Source: Phoronis australis
Lineage: Eukaryota > Animalia > Phoronida
Direction of reading: 5' to 3'
DNA: 64,000 bases
Assembly: GCA_002633005.1 (NCBI GenBank)
Contig: NMRA01000021.1
Coordinates: 1,457,392 to 1,521,391, forward strand
Made by a program: the position numbers and the translations under genes. Of the stretch, positions 26,151 through 39,225 are shown piece after piece (position 1 is the stretch's first letter; every line of letters begins with the position of its first letter). The notes beneath the pieces are model-generated. The model made no database searches, was not told where the DNA came from, and saw only the letters and a program-made list of their open reading frames with translations.

Positions 26151-26502
26151 GAGCAATGAAACTTGAAAAGTTCAATCAAATAATCACGTACACGTTGACA
26201 AAAATTGTGGAAATTCAAAAGAATATTGGAAGCTTTTGGAAAATGAAAAAATACCAATTATGGCAGATGATTTTCATTCGAACTAAATTTCTTGAGATTT
26301 TGCCGAACCGAAGACCAGAGACTCTGTTTCATGGAAGACCACACAGAGGGCGCGCAACTGAATCGGAAATAGTTTTATATTGTTTTCTTCATACGAGAAC
26401 ATCGATATATGGAAAACACATTCTGCGAAACCAACCATGTGTAGTCTAGAGACACACAAATTATTTTCCCATCTCATCAAAAGTGTAACTACCTAGAAAG
26501 TA

Positions 26503-29500
26503 ATGGAACAGGCACACGCGAGGATTGAGGCTTTGAAATCAGCTTGCCTTCAAGTTTCAGAAAAGCCAACATTGGAGAATGTGGAAAAATTGCGAACGAC
26601 CGTGTCCGACTGCGACCCATTCATTCTTTGTCAGCTACAGAAATTTGTCATATTCCCTCATGTGGTCGCACTAAATAAACACAATGGTTTGGCACAGGTG
26701 AGTTCTTAATTACTTGCCTTTGCAGTGAGAAAGCCACGAACAATATTATCCCTGACATGCGAGATGAGATGAGAATAAATTTTTTTAACAAAAACTTGAT
26801 CTGTAATTTACCCTGCGTTGCATCTTATTGCAATCGGTCGCCGCTATTAGAAATCAGCTATTAGATTGTCTTTATTGTTTCAGAACCTGAAAGTTAAGAC
26901 CATTGAATCATTGGAGCTAACCTTATCCAAAGTAGAAGTGACTGATGAGGACTGTTTTACAAATGTGTTCAGCTGCCTTACGTGTACCCTTAGTCCTCCA
27001 GTTGCCATGGTAATATTTTTATTGTAAATTAAATCAGTTTAGTTCATGGAGCCATCAACGAATTGTGAGAGAAGGGCCAATTTTATATTGTGTCTTGTGT
27101 ATGACATGTTTTTTGCTAAACTGTGTTTGCATGATACTTTTGAATAAAGGTGTCATGTATTGTGGTTACGTAGTTCTACCTTCTGGAGACATATAGAAAA
27201 ACATTGTGTTTTGTCAGACCACCAGAGGAAGTCACTGCTTCATGATCCAAGGGAGTTGCTGCTTAAACAGTTACTGCATGTTAACCTGAGATTAATTTAT
27301 GATGTGCATTATTCTTCCCATAGAACTACATTTCAATCACTGGATTAAAGGCACCACCTCTAATTTCCAGCTACAACCCTCTAAGCTTCAGTACCAGACC
27401 AGTACCTGATACCCAACACAAAGTACAAATCCACAGACCTCTGTCCCCAGACTCTACATGTGCCAAAAATACTCAGCATGATTGGCATACTCCTGTCCCG
27501 AGGACCAGATTGCATGCATGCACTAGGGACTAGAGCCATGGCCATGGAATCTGATCTCCAAGACATCAGTTTTGTCACCATGTACGGAGCACTTCTGACC
27601 TGTGTGACACAAATCTCTAGTTTTGTACTGCAGGTTTGGCTCTGCTGGCCTAGGATTGGAGTTAAGAGATTGTAGTGGAAATTTAGAGGTGCGGCCATTG
27701 AGTTAGTCGCACCCCCTGGGATTGGGAGATTTTTATAGGTTAGAAGAAAGGTCTTCTGAATATTCCTTTCATTATGTTTTCACTTTTTGAATGTTTGAAT
27801 TTTTTAAAATGTATGCATGTTTTCCATTCTCGTATATTTGACTATTTTCAGGGCAAAGTTGCAGAGCTCTCAGAAGAGCTCGTTACATGTATTATTTCCT
27901 GCCTCCTTGCATTATTCAAGCACTTGTCTCTAGTTGTTCTCAAACTAGTGTACACATCGAAGAATTTACCTATTCTGGGCCATGCTGTTTCCACTCTTCT
28001 TCACTTAGCGGAACACGAGAAGTCTCGGCGTGTAAAAGTAACCGCAATGGATTGCATTCTAGAGATATCTCAAGCAAAGTCAACTGGTAAGATTTTAACC
28101 TACTTAAATCAGACAAATCTGACTGATTAAGCTTGCTATTGCAAGATATGAAGGTAAGAATCTCAATGCAGGTTCATAATCAGCTGGACTTGTGTGATGA
28201 GGGTCACGGGGATTACAAGAATTGAAAATACGCCTACACAAGTCTTGCACATGAACATGTTTTGTTTCCTGAAAAGTGAGTCGAGGCATAATTCAGAAAT
28301 TACGTCTTATGCTCCACACAACTATTTTTGACAAATGATTTCGTGTTAATTCATCGAAGTATAAGTCTCTGAGAACATACTCAAAATTACATTATTATTT
28401 AGATAATATCCATTGTTGTTCACATTGTCAATTACATGTCTTTTGGCTTCATCTTAAGTAAACACTGCCCACATATTGACCTTTGATATATTTTTGGCTC
28501 GGCATAACATTGGATTGCTGTCTGCATTTTAGATGCAAATTGCATGGCTATGGCTGGCGCTGTGTTTGCTTCCTTCCTACCAGGCATATCCATGACAACA
28601 TGCAAGATTGCTATTGGTGACCCAAAGCAGGGACAAGCTGTAATAGAGGTTTGTTAATAAATATGCAATTTGTGGTTGCTGTATTGAAGATTTGAATAGA
28701 CTAAAAAAGTTCATTCAACCATGTTCCTATTAAAATACCTATAAAATATCTGGAAATTCATTTTGGAGCCAATAGTGCATATGCACTGACTAAAGATGTA
28801 CATATTCCAATTCACATCACACTTTTTTAATGCACCAACTGGTGTGCCCTATTTTGTTGAACAGTAACACTATGACACCGTCTAATGACAAGAGTCAACT
28901 CATGCTACAGTTGTTAGCCTTTAGTGTTGTTTACACTACAAAAGTTGACACCGATCAGCTGACACAGAACGAGATATTCTAGCACAAGTATGTGTGTAAA
29001 CAGGACTGTGCAGGAGTAAATTGACACTGCGGTGACAACTTTTGCCACCCGTTTATGAGATAGAGCAATTTGTGCTCGATCATCTTGCTTCGTGTCAATT
29101 GTCTAAACCCAAAACTGGCGCAAGGCTGAAAGGATCATGTCTACTGCGCTTGTGCAATGACCTACATACGGATTCTCTGTCTCTGCAACTCCCGCCATTT
29201 GTAAACCTGCTCATGTGCGTTCCACTCTCCAGTCTATAACTTTCGTCTTGCCACAGTTAGTGAGTTGTGTGTGTAAACGGCCGCTTGACATCGATCAATT
29301 TGCTTCGTGTTAGTTGTGCCGGGCAAAAGTTGATATCTAAACAGACTTTTGTCTGAATGGTGTGTCATATTTCCTACAGGTCTAGACTATTTTGATTACA
29401 TTACAGATATTTTGTTCTTGTTTATAGAAAGCTCTGGAGACTTTCTCTGGCACTGTCAGTCTTGTACTGAACGACTCCCATCTTCTTAAACCGGATAAAG

Positions 29501-32500
29501 ATTCAGACTGTGATAACAAACAGAAATACCAAGAACTGGTCGTTAGACGAACAGAGAGCTGGGTTAAAGGAACAGCAGAGAAACTTAATGTTCTTGTGCA
29601 GAGAATTGCAGAAATTGCTAGTAACGACAACTGGAGAGTTAGAGTTGCAGTTGTTCACTGGGCAGAAAATTTGCTAAAACACTGTTTTGGGTAAGAAATG
29701 ATATCAGTTTTTATTTTGATTAATTGCTTGAGGTTTTGTAGTACCTTATCGACAAGTTTGTGTACTTAGCCAAACATATAAAAACTGTGGAATTGCACTG
29801 AGTAAAGGTATACATAGGTGACCTGAAGAATTTTTTACTTTTTATCAATCTGCTATTAATTGGGTTATGTGACTTTGTGTTTTAGTAAAATTTAGCTTAA
29901 GAGAAACTAGACAGATTGATAGTAAAACGACAGTATATAAATGTTCCAATATGAAATCTCAAAAATGCCGATATAGTTTTCTAAATTTTCATTTCGTTTT
30001 CGTTTTATACAGCTTGTGAGATTTTTTCATGAAAATCATAAAAGTCCTATTTTTGATAACCCTTCATGCAAAAGTGGAACATTTTAAAACCAATTTCTAA
30101 CAGTATTTTGGAGAAAAATGCATAAAACATAATATGAGAAAGTTTCGTATGAATCTGGTTTGTCATTTCTGAGATATGATATTACAAAGTTGGTCAAATT
30201 TGGACATTTTGCTAGTGTACTACATAACCTAAACGGTGTTTCAATTGTGGATTATAACAACTGTTGATTTTGTTTCGTAATGGAGAACCACTATCCTCCA
30301 TGAAGCATGTTGATTAACAACACACTTTTCTCATTAATGCAATGAGATCTTTTTTACAAGCTGTAGTAAATTAGTACTTTTCTTGTCAAGCATAATTATT
30401 GCTTATGCCCTCAACTTTTCTGTCTTATGGTGAGGATCTTTTCTGATCTGACAGGATGGATGAGTGTTTGTCACTGTGTGGCATGTGTTTGGTACAATTT
30501 ATGAAATCTATCTGTGGTCTATATCTGGGAACATATGCAGTTTTGGAGAAAAGAACTATAAGTGTATTTGTAAGAAAAGAATTGTCATATGAAAAGTATT
30601 CTAGATTGTGAGAATAGAACTGATGAAAGTTCTTTTGTGGCTCGTGAAAGAGGATTGCTATTCATGATTTTTTATGGCCACATGTTGCTAACAACGCGGG
30701 GGGGCATGATGGTGGAAAGGCCATTACTGATGCGAAGGAGATGGGGAATTTTAGTTATCAGTAGTATTGACAAGAAGCTTGGAAAGTAATGCTTGCTGGT
30801 TCAACTCCATCAAAAATTAACTCAGAGCTGAGTGACCTTCTTGATTTTAAGTTCCTGTTGACGATCGAGGGGAAGGGGCTTCCAGAATTTCATTGATTCA
30901 CAATGTCATTTAGTTATCACATGTGTTGTGTTGGAAACATATGGCATTAACCCCTCTTGTTCTCAAAAGTGATTAAACTATGACATGGTTTTCAATCAAG
31001 TTTGTCCCACTCAAAGCTGTCTTATCTTGATTGAGCTTGTTGCTGGATGAGCAGTGAGACATTAGTTCCCACTGAAAACTGCTGCCTTTTACAGTTCCTT
31101 GAAGGAATCTGTCTCTGTATTTGTGGATACTCTGGTGGCCCTCTCATGTGATGACTATAACCAGGTTGCCAAGAAGAGCTCCTGTGTTCTGGAGAAACTG
31201 CTTCTAGACAGGACAAAGAGACAACGGCTGATGGATGCTATGGATGACAGTTTGCAGTCACTGGTAACAAGTTTACCTAGACTCATTCGCTCTACTGGTT
31301 AGTGTTACGTTATAATGACTGTTTACACATTAAATTCGTCCTCCGACCAAAGCCAAATATTCTGCTGGAACTTACTGCCTTAAGACATATTTGGAAACTG
31401 TGCTTGGAATTTTCACACTGAACGTTCTGTGGTTAACTTGAGTTTTTGGAAAATTAACGTTTGTTACTGGACAACCAATGAACTGTTTAACTGATAAAGT
31501 AATTTTGTTTACTGTCAAGGAAATTCCCCTCTGGTGAGCCCATCCTCTTTCGAAAGTTTGATAAATTTCACAGGGAAATTCTAATTTTTGACAAGATGTT
31601 TCTCTTTCGTTGTAATTTATTGACTGCTCAAACTCTTGGTAGTTTGCATAAGGAGACAAAGGTATCTCTCATAATGTTGCATGTATATTTTGACTCTGTG
31701 CTAATGCTGGAGGGCAATTATGACTTTTGTTTGTTAGTACTTAGCCGTCGTAAAAATGTGGACTTGGTGCAAAAGCATTTTGGGAATTTGTGAATCTCTA
31801 ACGGTGAGAATAGGAACCAGTCTAGAAAAATAATGATAGTGAGAACGATAACTTCATTGAACAACAGGCAACCAGCCCACAGTTCACAATAGTATATTAC
31901 AGACTTTATCACATGTTTACACAGTCATTAAATAAAGATTCTCTATGTTTCATTTTATCAACATTGACCTTAAGTTTGTATATACATTGAACTGCTTACT
32001 GACCTCGAGTTTAAAACTTTATAGCAACACACCAACTTATCACCAGGTTTTGTTTTAGATGATTCGGAGAAACTGATAAAACTCCGGCATTTCCGCGGCT
32101 TAGTCAACTTGATGGGCGACCGTGTGGATGCCATGCCGTATGAGCAGCTACACAAGATCCTATTGTCTGTTGTTCATCTTGTAGAGTTGGACTGCTCTGA
32201 TATCAAAGTCCTTGAAGAAAGATTGGACAGCTCAAGTGAGATTTTTTTTTGACATTTTCACACTGTTTCGCTTTTGAGCATACCACCAATTAAAAGTAAA
32301 ATTCTTGTCAGCTTGGACAATGAGTTGACTCATCTTTACCATTAGATGTACTAACAGCTCAACGTTTCCAAAGGACACTGACTTGAGAAACAAGGANACA
32401 ACCAATGAACTGTTTAACAGAGTTATTTTGGTTACTGTCAAGGAAATTCCCCTTTGGTGAGCCCATCCTCTATCGAAAGTTTGATAAATTTCAAAGTGAA

Positions 32501-35500
32501 ATATGTTACGCGTTCTAATTTTTGACGAGATGTTTCTCTTTCGTTGTAATTTATTGACTGCTCAAACTCTTGGTAGTTTGCAGACGGAGACAAAGGTATC
32601 TCATAATGTTGGATGTATATTTTGACTCTGTGCTAATGCTGGATCGCAATTATGACTTTTGTTTATTAGTACTTAGCCGTCGTAAAAATGTGGACTTGGT
32701 GCAAAAGCATTTTGGGAATTTGTGAATCTCTAATGGTGAGAATACGAACCAATCTAGAAAAATAATGATAATGATAACGATAACTTCATTGAACAACAGG
32801 CAACCAGCCCACCGTTCACATTAGTATATACAGACTTTATTACATGTTTACACAGCCATTAAAGATTCTCTATGTTTCATTTTATCATCATTGACCTTAA
32901 GTTTGTATATACATTGAACTGCTTACTAACCTCGAGTTTAGTACATTATAGCAACACATCAACTTATCACCAGGGTTTGTTTTAGATGACGCGGAGAAAC
33001 TGATAAAACTCCGGCATTTCCGCGGCTTAGTCAACTTGATGGGCGACCGTGTGGATGCCATGCCGTATGAGCAGCTACACAAGATCCTATTGTCTGTTGT
33101 TCATCTTGTAGAGTTGGACTGCTCTGATATCAAAGTCCTTGAAGAAAGATTGGACAGCTCAAGTGAGATTTTTTGCTTTTTTGACATTTTCACGCTGTTT
33201 CGCTTTTGAGCATACCACCAATTAAAAGTAGAATTCTTGTCAGCTTGGACAATGAGTTGACTCATCTTTACCATTAGATGTACTAACAGCTCAACGTTTC
33301 CAAAGGACACTGACTTCAGAAACGAGGACTATACATTTTACAATTTTTCTTTTTTCCATGCTAACCTACGGACTCTACATTTCAAACTAATTGATTAATT
33401 TAAGCACAATTGTCACTGTAATTGAGATATGCAGTATTTTAGTTCTATATATTCTGTACATCCTTAATGTCTGTGCATAGCTTATACAAAGCGCCACCAA
33501 GTGACATTAAAGTGAACTTATATAGTATGAGATAGCCTCACTAGTCAGATTGAACTTGAATTAACCCAGTTTCAGCTGTGTAGGAATGTGTATTGTTATT
33601 GTCTGTGGAAGTGATGCGGGAGCTATATCTGTTCATAATGGCTTGTCAAAATCTCGGTCAAAAAACTGCCAAAAATTGAGACAAATTATGGATTGGCCTT
33701 ACAAATGAGTAGTGATTTAGTGAAGTTAGTGACTTGTTTTTATTCGTTTTACGTTTTCATGACATGGGCTTTGATTTTAATTTTGATTGAGGCCAGAACT
33801 CATTTAATCTCATTTTTGGCCTTGTTTATCTAAATGAAAGTAACAAGGCTCCCCTTATTCCGCACGTCAAATATAATAGCAAAAATTGTCATTTCCCATT
33901 TGTCTAAGGCTGGGTATCTTGCTGCAGTTGATGTCAATTTTACTGAATGATGTTTTATGACATCTACGCTGCTAGTAATTGACTAACGTTTTCTTAATCT
34001 CATTTTTTGTGGAGAGATAGAGATTTGGCAAAATAGAATTTCACGCGTTGGCCATATTGTGTGCTAAATAGATGGTTAGATGTAGATGACTGAATGTTTG
34101 TCAGGTCAACGGATTGAAGCACACATGCTTCAGGGACTGGCGAGACCACAGAAACACTTCAAGCACTTCCGCGACCCTCGTATTCATTCGGAAATTCAGA
34201 CATTGTGCCGTGCTTTGAGTGGCCATCTAGATGTGGTGACGTCTGTTGAGAGTTTACTCGACATGTTTATACAGTCTAGTGTCCACTACAAGCAAGCGAT
34301 CATTGTGAGCAATGAGATTATACTTGGTGCTTCAGGTGAGTGAACTGTACTTTACCAGTGTGTCAGTGTGTTGGTCCTGTTTCGTGAGCAAGCTTTTCAC
34401 TAAACTGACGCAGTGGTACGTGATTCATATCTACAAAATTTGTTTTTTATTAGGCTTACGAGTGCTTTCAATGTTCCCATTGCAAAGCAAGAACAATATA
34501 GTGAAATGAGCCCCTTTTTTGAGTCAAAAGTATTCCTCAGTTGTTGAGTTGAAGGAAAGGGGCGAAGGAGGAGGGAGGATGTACCGTAGTTGTGCTCATA
34601 AAATTATTGATTTTGTGATTCACGACCACATTTTTCATGCTTTACAAACCACAAGAAATATTCATTCGTCCCTTGGTCGCCATGAATTGTGTCAGTTTCA
34701 CGTTCACTCACAGCAAAATTGCTGTTACACGTGTCACAGACAGGACCTTCACGCGCCCTCTTTAAGAATTCTGCTCTTGGGTTTTTGTTATATTTTCACA
34801 TTTTCTGTTTTGCCATTGGCTCTACAGTTTTGACTTGTTGGCTGCATCCTGTATCGCATTTTGTTGTGTGTAGCTGCAATTCAGGGGCACTTTAAAGATT
34901 TCAGCTGTACTTTTATTCTATTTTCCATTCATATGGTGATTGGCTGTACATATTGAATGTTGAACCGAGGAATTTTGGAGTTTAAAAATATTATCACTCA
35001 CATCGGTCTTGAATTGTTGCGGAATGAGCCAGTAATGCGTATTGGATCCTTTTTTAATCTGCAAATTTAGGGTTGTCCATCCCCAATAAACTGTGAGGCG
35101 TTTTATTGAGTTGTTAATGACTTTGATGTTCTTGTTGGTAAGTACAATAGAATCCTATCATGGTAAAGAATTCTGTGACACTGACTTTATGATAGTAGTA
35201 CTCCTAATTCATTTTTAGTCAGATAAACATGCCGAATGCAGTTTTATGTAATCATATTCAAGTTTCGTACTCAACCCTCTCTTGAATATTCTTTTTTGTT
35301 TCTATTCATTCAGGACAGAAAGGCAAGAAAATAATCGAAAGTGATGTTTTAGAATCTTTAGTCCAGCTTTTGGTCACAGAGTACACCAACAAGCTGAGGG
35401 AAATGTCCACGACTTTAACCCACAGTCTGGAATCTGCTCACACAGATGCAAGCCTCACAATTTTTAACTCCCAACCAGAGGCAGGAACAACTTTGATGAC

Positions 35501-38500
35501 AATGAAAAACAATATCTGGGTTAGCTGTCTGCTGCTAGAAAGTTATGGAATGTTTTCTCACGTCCTGGGTCCACGCCTTAATGTCCTCATGATGGAGTTC
35601 CTGTACACTTTGTTAGAGATGCTTGGTCATGAATCAGCTTTTGTTAGCGTCTCGGCTTACTTTTCGCTGCAAGACATTTGTGATAACTGCGGGTACGATG
35701 ATATCGGAGGTGTGATATGTCAAAATGCGGACTATTTGCTAAGTACGCTGTCACTGCATCTACGTCGCATAGAGCGCCACCCAGCGGCCCCTGTTGTTTT
35801 ACATGTCATCCTTCGGTACAGCGACGGAAGCATCCTGGCTTTACTGTATCCAACCATCGAGGTCAGCTTGTGCTTTTTCATTACAATCTGTCTTGTAATT
35901 TTTTCAGTTTTGACTAGTGGTATCGTTATCTTCCACTGAATCAGACAAAATTCTTGTTTTCTGACCATTTATTGTTGCTTATTATAATTTTCTTTTATTT
36001 TGACCTATGCTTTTTTCATGTCCTCTCCTGGAATTGCAATTTTAGTAAATTCAGTTAAGTCATGTTTGTCTTTGTTTACTAGGAGAAAGTCAGTTTAGAA
36101 TAGATAGTATTGAAACATCTTGAACTTGCTCAAACATTTTCAGGTTTTAACCAGAGGTTGCCTTTTTGTTCAAAACAGTATATGCGAATTTTAAATCTTA
36201 TGTTGCAGGAGTTGTTGATGGCTGTTGACATGTGCCACGAATACCTTCAGGTTCCCATACTGAAAGTCATGTGTACACTAGTGACATCTATTGTCAACTG
36301 GTTCCCAGCTCCTGACAGTGGAACAGCTCCAACTGGTAAGTTTTTACTACGAACATATTCACCAACTCTCAGTCTTGCTGAGGGCAATGAAAGATATTGC
36401 TGGGATTTTGTGAATAACCTATTTCAGATACAGATGGGTGTTTTGTGTGGCATATTCGTGTCAGTTGTTCATTGTCACCTGCCTTGTACTCGTTATCAAA
36501 TATATGTGTGTGGTTGCCCCACTAGCGCAATTTGTTCTAGGGTGAGTCTGTGTATGAAGGGACTTAGCTGGTTGAATTCAATTTACTATCTGATCCAGGT
36601 TATGTAGCATCCAAATTTCACTTCAACCAATCAGCACAGCTTTTTACTTCTTTTAACACGTTCATTTTGACTGAGGTCTGAGGTTGACTGTCCCCATTTG
36701 GGATGACCTCATTAGAATTAGATATTAGCAGTAATTATGAGGGTTAGAGCAGTGAATGAATGATGTTTAGTCTAAATCTATGGTATGGCCAGATGGGCTA
36801 TTAACATTCTAGATTGAATAAAGGGGCAGGAATGTGGGTAGTTAAACAAACCAGTTATTGTCATTTTTAAAATTGTAACATCTCAGGGAGATGGGTTCAA
36901 TTATGTAACAAAATGCCGAATGTTTTACAGTGTATGTGAAGCTGAAATGTTGTGATCTGACACTGAAATTGTTATTTTTTAAGGCAACTTACCAGGTCAG
37001 CGCAACAATGTAGCAGAAATAGCTCAGTACTTCAGAGAGTATCACAGAGCCAAACAAATTGCCGAGGGGGACTTTTCAGACTTTGATGTTGACGGGCGAA
37101 CCTCCTCTGCTTGTGATCAAGAACCGACAGAGCCAGATAATGAGGATTGTGGGGAAAATGAAAAGGCGAAGCCACCCCGTCACGTAAAACTACTCACAGA
37201 GGTAGGAATTGTAGTGATAACAGGGTTAAAGAAATCGCAGACTTAACTTTAAAATCTCCAGTTCAGTCCAAAAGTATTCTGGCCAAATGACCCAGAATTC
37301 CCCATCATGTCAGCTGGTAAGAAAACAAATTCATCACTAGGGTGATTTTTCCTTATGCGTCAGAGGAAAGGGTAAAGCTTGTAAGATGGCGTAGCCATGA
37401 TTCTATAATTTTGACCCCATAATATTTCTTACTATTTGGTGTTAACTAAATTAGTAATTTCGACTAAAAATAATATTTTTGTCCAAATCATTACTTTTGT
37501 GCTGTACTGTATGTTGCCGTTTTTAGCATTGTTGGGATAGTTAACCGCTTCCAGATTTGAATCAGCGAACAGCGTGACACAGAATCTAGTGTAATTGGCT
37601 GATCACAAAAAAAAGAAAAAAATTTTTGTATGTTATTTAATGTAGTGTTAATATTTTAAAAAATATGTGTGCAATTTTGAGTTTGTTGCGTTCAAATAGA
37701 GGGAAGAAAATCTTGTGATTGTGGCTTAATCCTCTGAGCAACCAAGACACAAATTCAATGCTGAGAGATGGAATTGCATTCTGTATACTCAAATGCAATG
37801 AACTCAAGGTCAATCAACGTAAGAAAATTACTCAAAACCATTTACTTTTTTTCCAGGTTTTGGAGCGGTGTAGACATTTTGTTTCTTCCAAACATCCCAG
37901 TACTCGTATATTGGTGCTTGACCTGATTGCGTGCGGCTGCCAAGCCTTGAAAGACTACGAAAAAGAACTGTTACCGATGATTCACAAGTTATGGCCACCA
38001 TTGGTCGAACGTTTCCAGGACAATGATGCAATTGTAATGAGTCGTGCTTTTGCTACATTCCGAGCTATGGCGAAGCATGCTGGGAGTTTTATCCGAAATC
38101 GTTCCGTGAAGGATGCACTTCCTAAAATATCAGAATTCTTGCAAAAGCAGTCTGTTGTTAGTGCCAAAGGTTCCCATAATTATCACCATACTCTTGCTTT
38201 CAAGTTGCAGTTAAGCGTCTTAAATGGTATCGGTGAGGTATGCAAATTTCTTGAGATAGCTGAGATTGATTTGTTTGATGTAGCGCAGGCATGCCTTCCT
38301 TATCTCAATGCGAGACAACCAACAGTGTTACAGCAAGCATGCAAAAAGACATTCGAGTTCTTCATTGACACTGAGCCTGATGCCATGTGGCTGTTGTTAG
38401 CAGATGTGTATTATGATAAAGAGCTAGTGCCCCCTGGTGATGATTTCAAAGCTGTATTGGTTGGAGGACAGTCTTGTACAAATGTGGAGTATGCAGAAAA

Positions 38501-38534
38501 TATTTGTTACTTGCTAAAATTGTGCAACGAGTAA
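26503..38534 (+). CDS. TTI1: TELO2-interacting protein 1 (TTT complex HEAT-repeat subunit), ~1038 aa
   Basis: Exons 26503-26697, 26884-27009, 27852-28086, 28533-28648, 29428-29690, 31095-31297, 32059-32235 (or its duplicate 32986-33162), 34105-34335, 35314-35861, 36209-36335, 36984-37201, 37857-38534. GT-AG and phase-consistent, 3117 nt with one copy of exon 7. TTI1-like motifs: QLQKFVIFP, FASFLPGIS..GDPKQG, ELDCSDIKVLEER, QNADYL, LLPMIHKLWPPLV, PYLNARQPTVLQQAC, DAMWLLL. Confidence 0.92.
27350..27698. mobile_element. MITE with imperfect long TIRs in TTI1 intron 2
   Basis: TTAA-aggcaccacctctaatttccagctacaa ... ttgtagtggaaatttagaggtgcggcc inverted match. Confidence 0.5.
29732..30229. mobile_element. 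MITE family A copy (reverse orientation)
   Basis: GGTTTTGTAGTACCttatcgacaag ... aaatttggacattttgctagtgtactacataacc|taaa. Confidence 0.65.
31381..33325. repeat. ~0.95-kb tandem duplication containing TTI1 exon 7
   Basis: ~31470-32390 vs 32398-33325 near-identical with SNPs and small indels; single N at 32397. Confidence 0.9.
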
Positions 38535-39225
38535 AATACATTTGCAGTTTTGAAAAGGATCTAAAGACAATACAGTTTTTGAAATATGTGTTATGTTTCA
38601 GAAATATATTTGGCTGTGGCCAACAACGTGCCTGTTACAATGATGTATTCAGTTACCAGTTACTGTCAGGACAGTTAATATGTCTAAATTGTATGGAAAT
38701 GTTATTTTCCTTGGCCCTTAGAAACCAGAAGCTTCCTAAAAGTTTTTTTTTGCAAACTGCATTCTGAAATTCTTATTGGATTTGCCACCTGTCTTTTTCT
38801 TCTATTTAATTTTGTTTGTGAAAAATGCGTGTGTTTCCAAGATGTTATATTTTATATATTTTTGATCTTTAAAAGAAACATTTAAATACTCAAGTTGATA
38901 ACTTATCTAAAGAATGTTTCAGGGCTCTCTTATCATAGCCAAACTTTATGCTAAGTGAAACCTTCCTCGAAACCATACTCTGAAAGCCTTTGACTGAATA
39001 TGGGTGCCGTAGACGGCAATACAGTGCTTCAGAAGAATCACGTTACTTCTTTCAAAAGCCATCACTGGGGCTCTTTTAAGATGCAAAGTCATTTCGGCAA
39101 ATTTGCTTGATAGATGATGTTCTATATTTCAACAAATGCCAAAGGAATAATGCCATATTCTCAAAAAACGACTATACAATAACATTCTACATCAAAATAA
39201 ATTTCTGTACTGCCAACCACCGTAT

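Noticed and set aside
25865-26156. Short ORFs on both strands over the GC island
   Set aside because: No recognisable domain or convincing splice context; ORFs are expected in GC-rich sequence.
28190-28276. Possible intronic C/D snoRNA (GTGATGA ... CTGA, ~80 nt) in TTI1 intron 3
   Set aside because: Only a 3-bp terminal stem, no clear C'/D' boxes and no confident target; such box pairs arise by chance.
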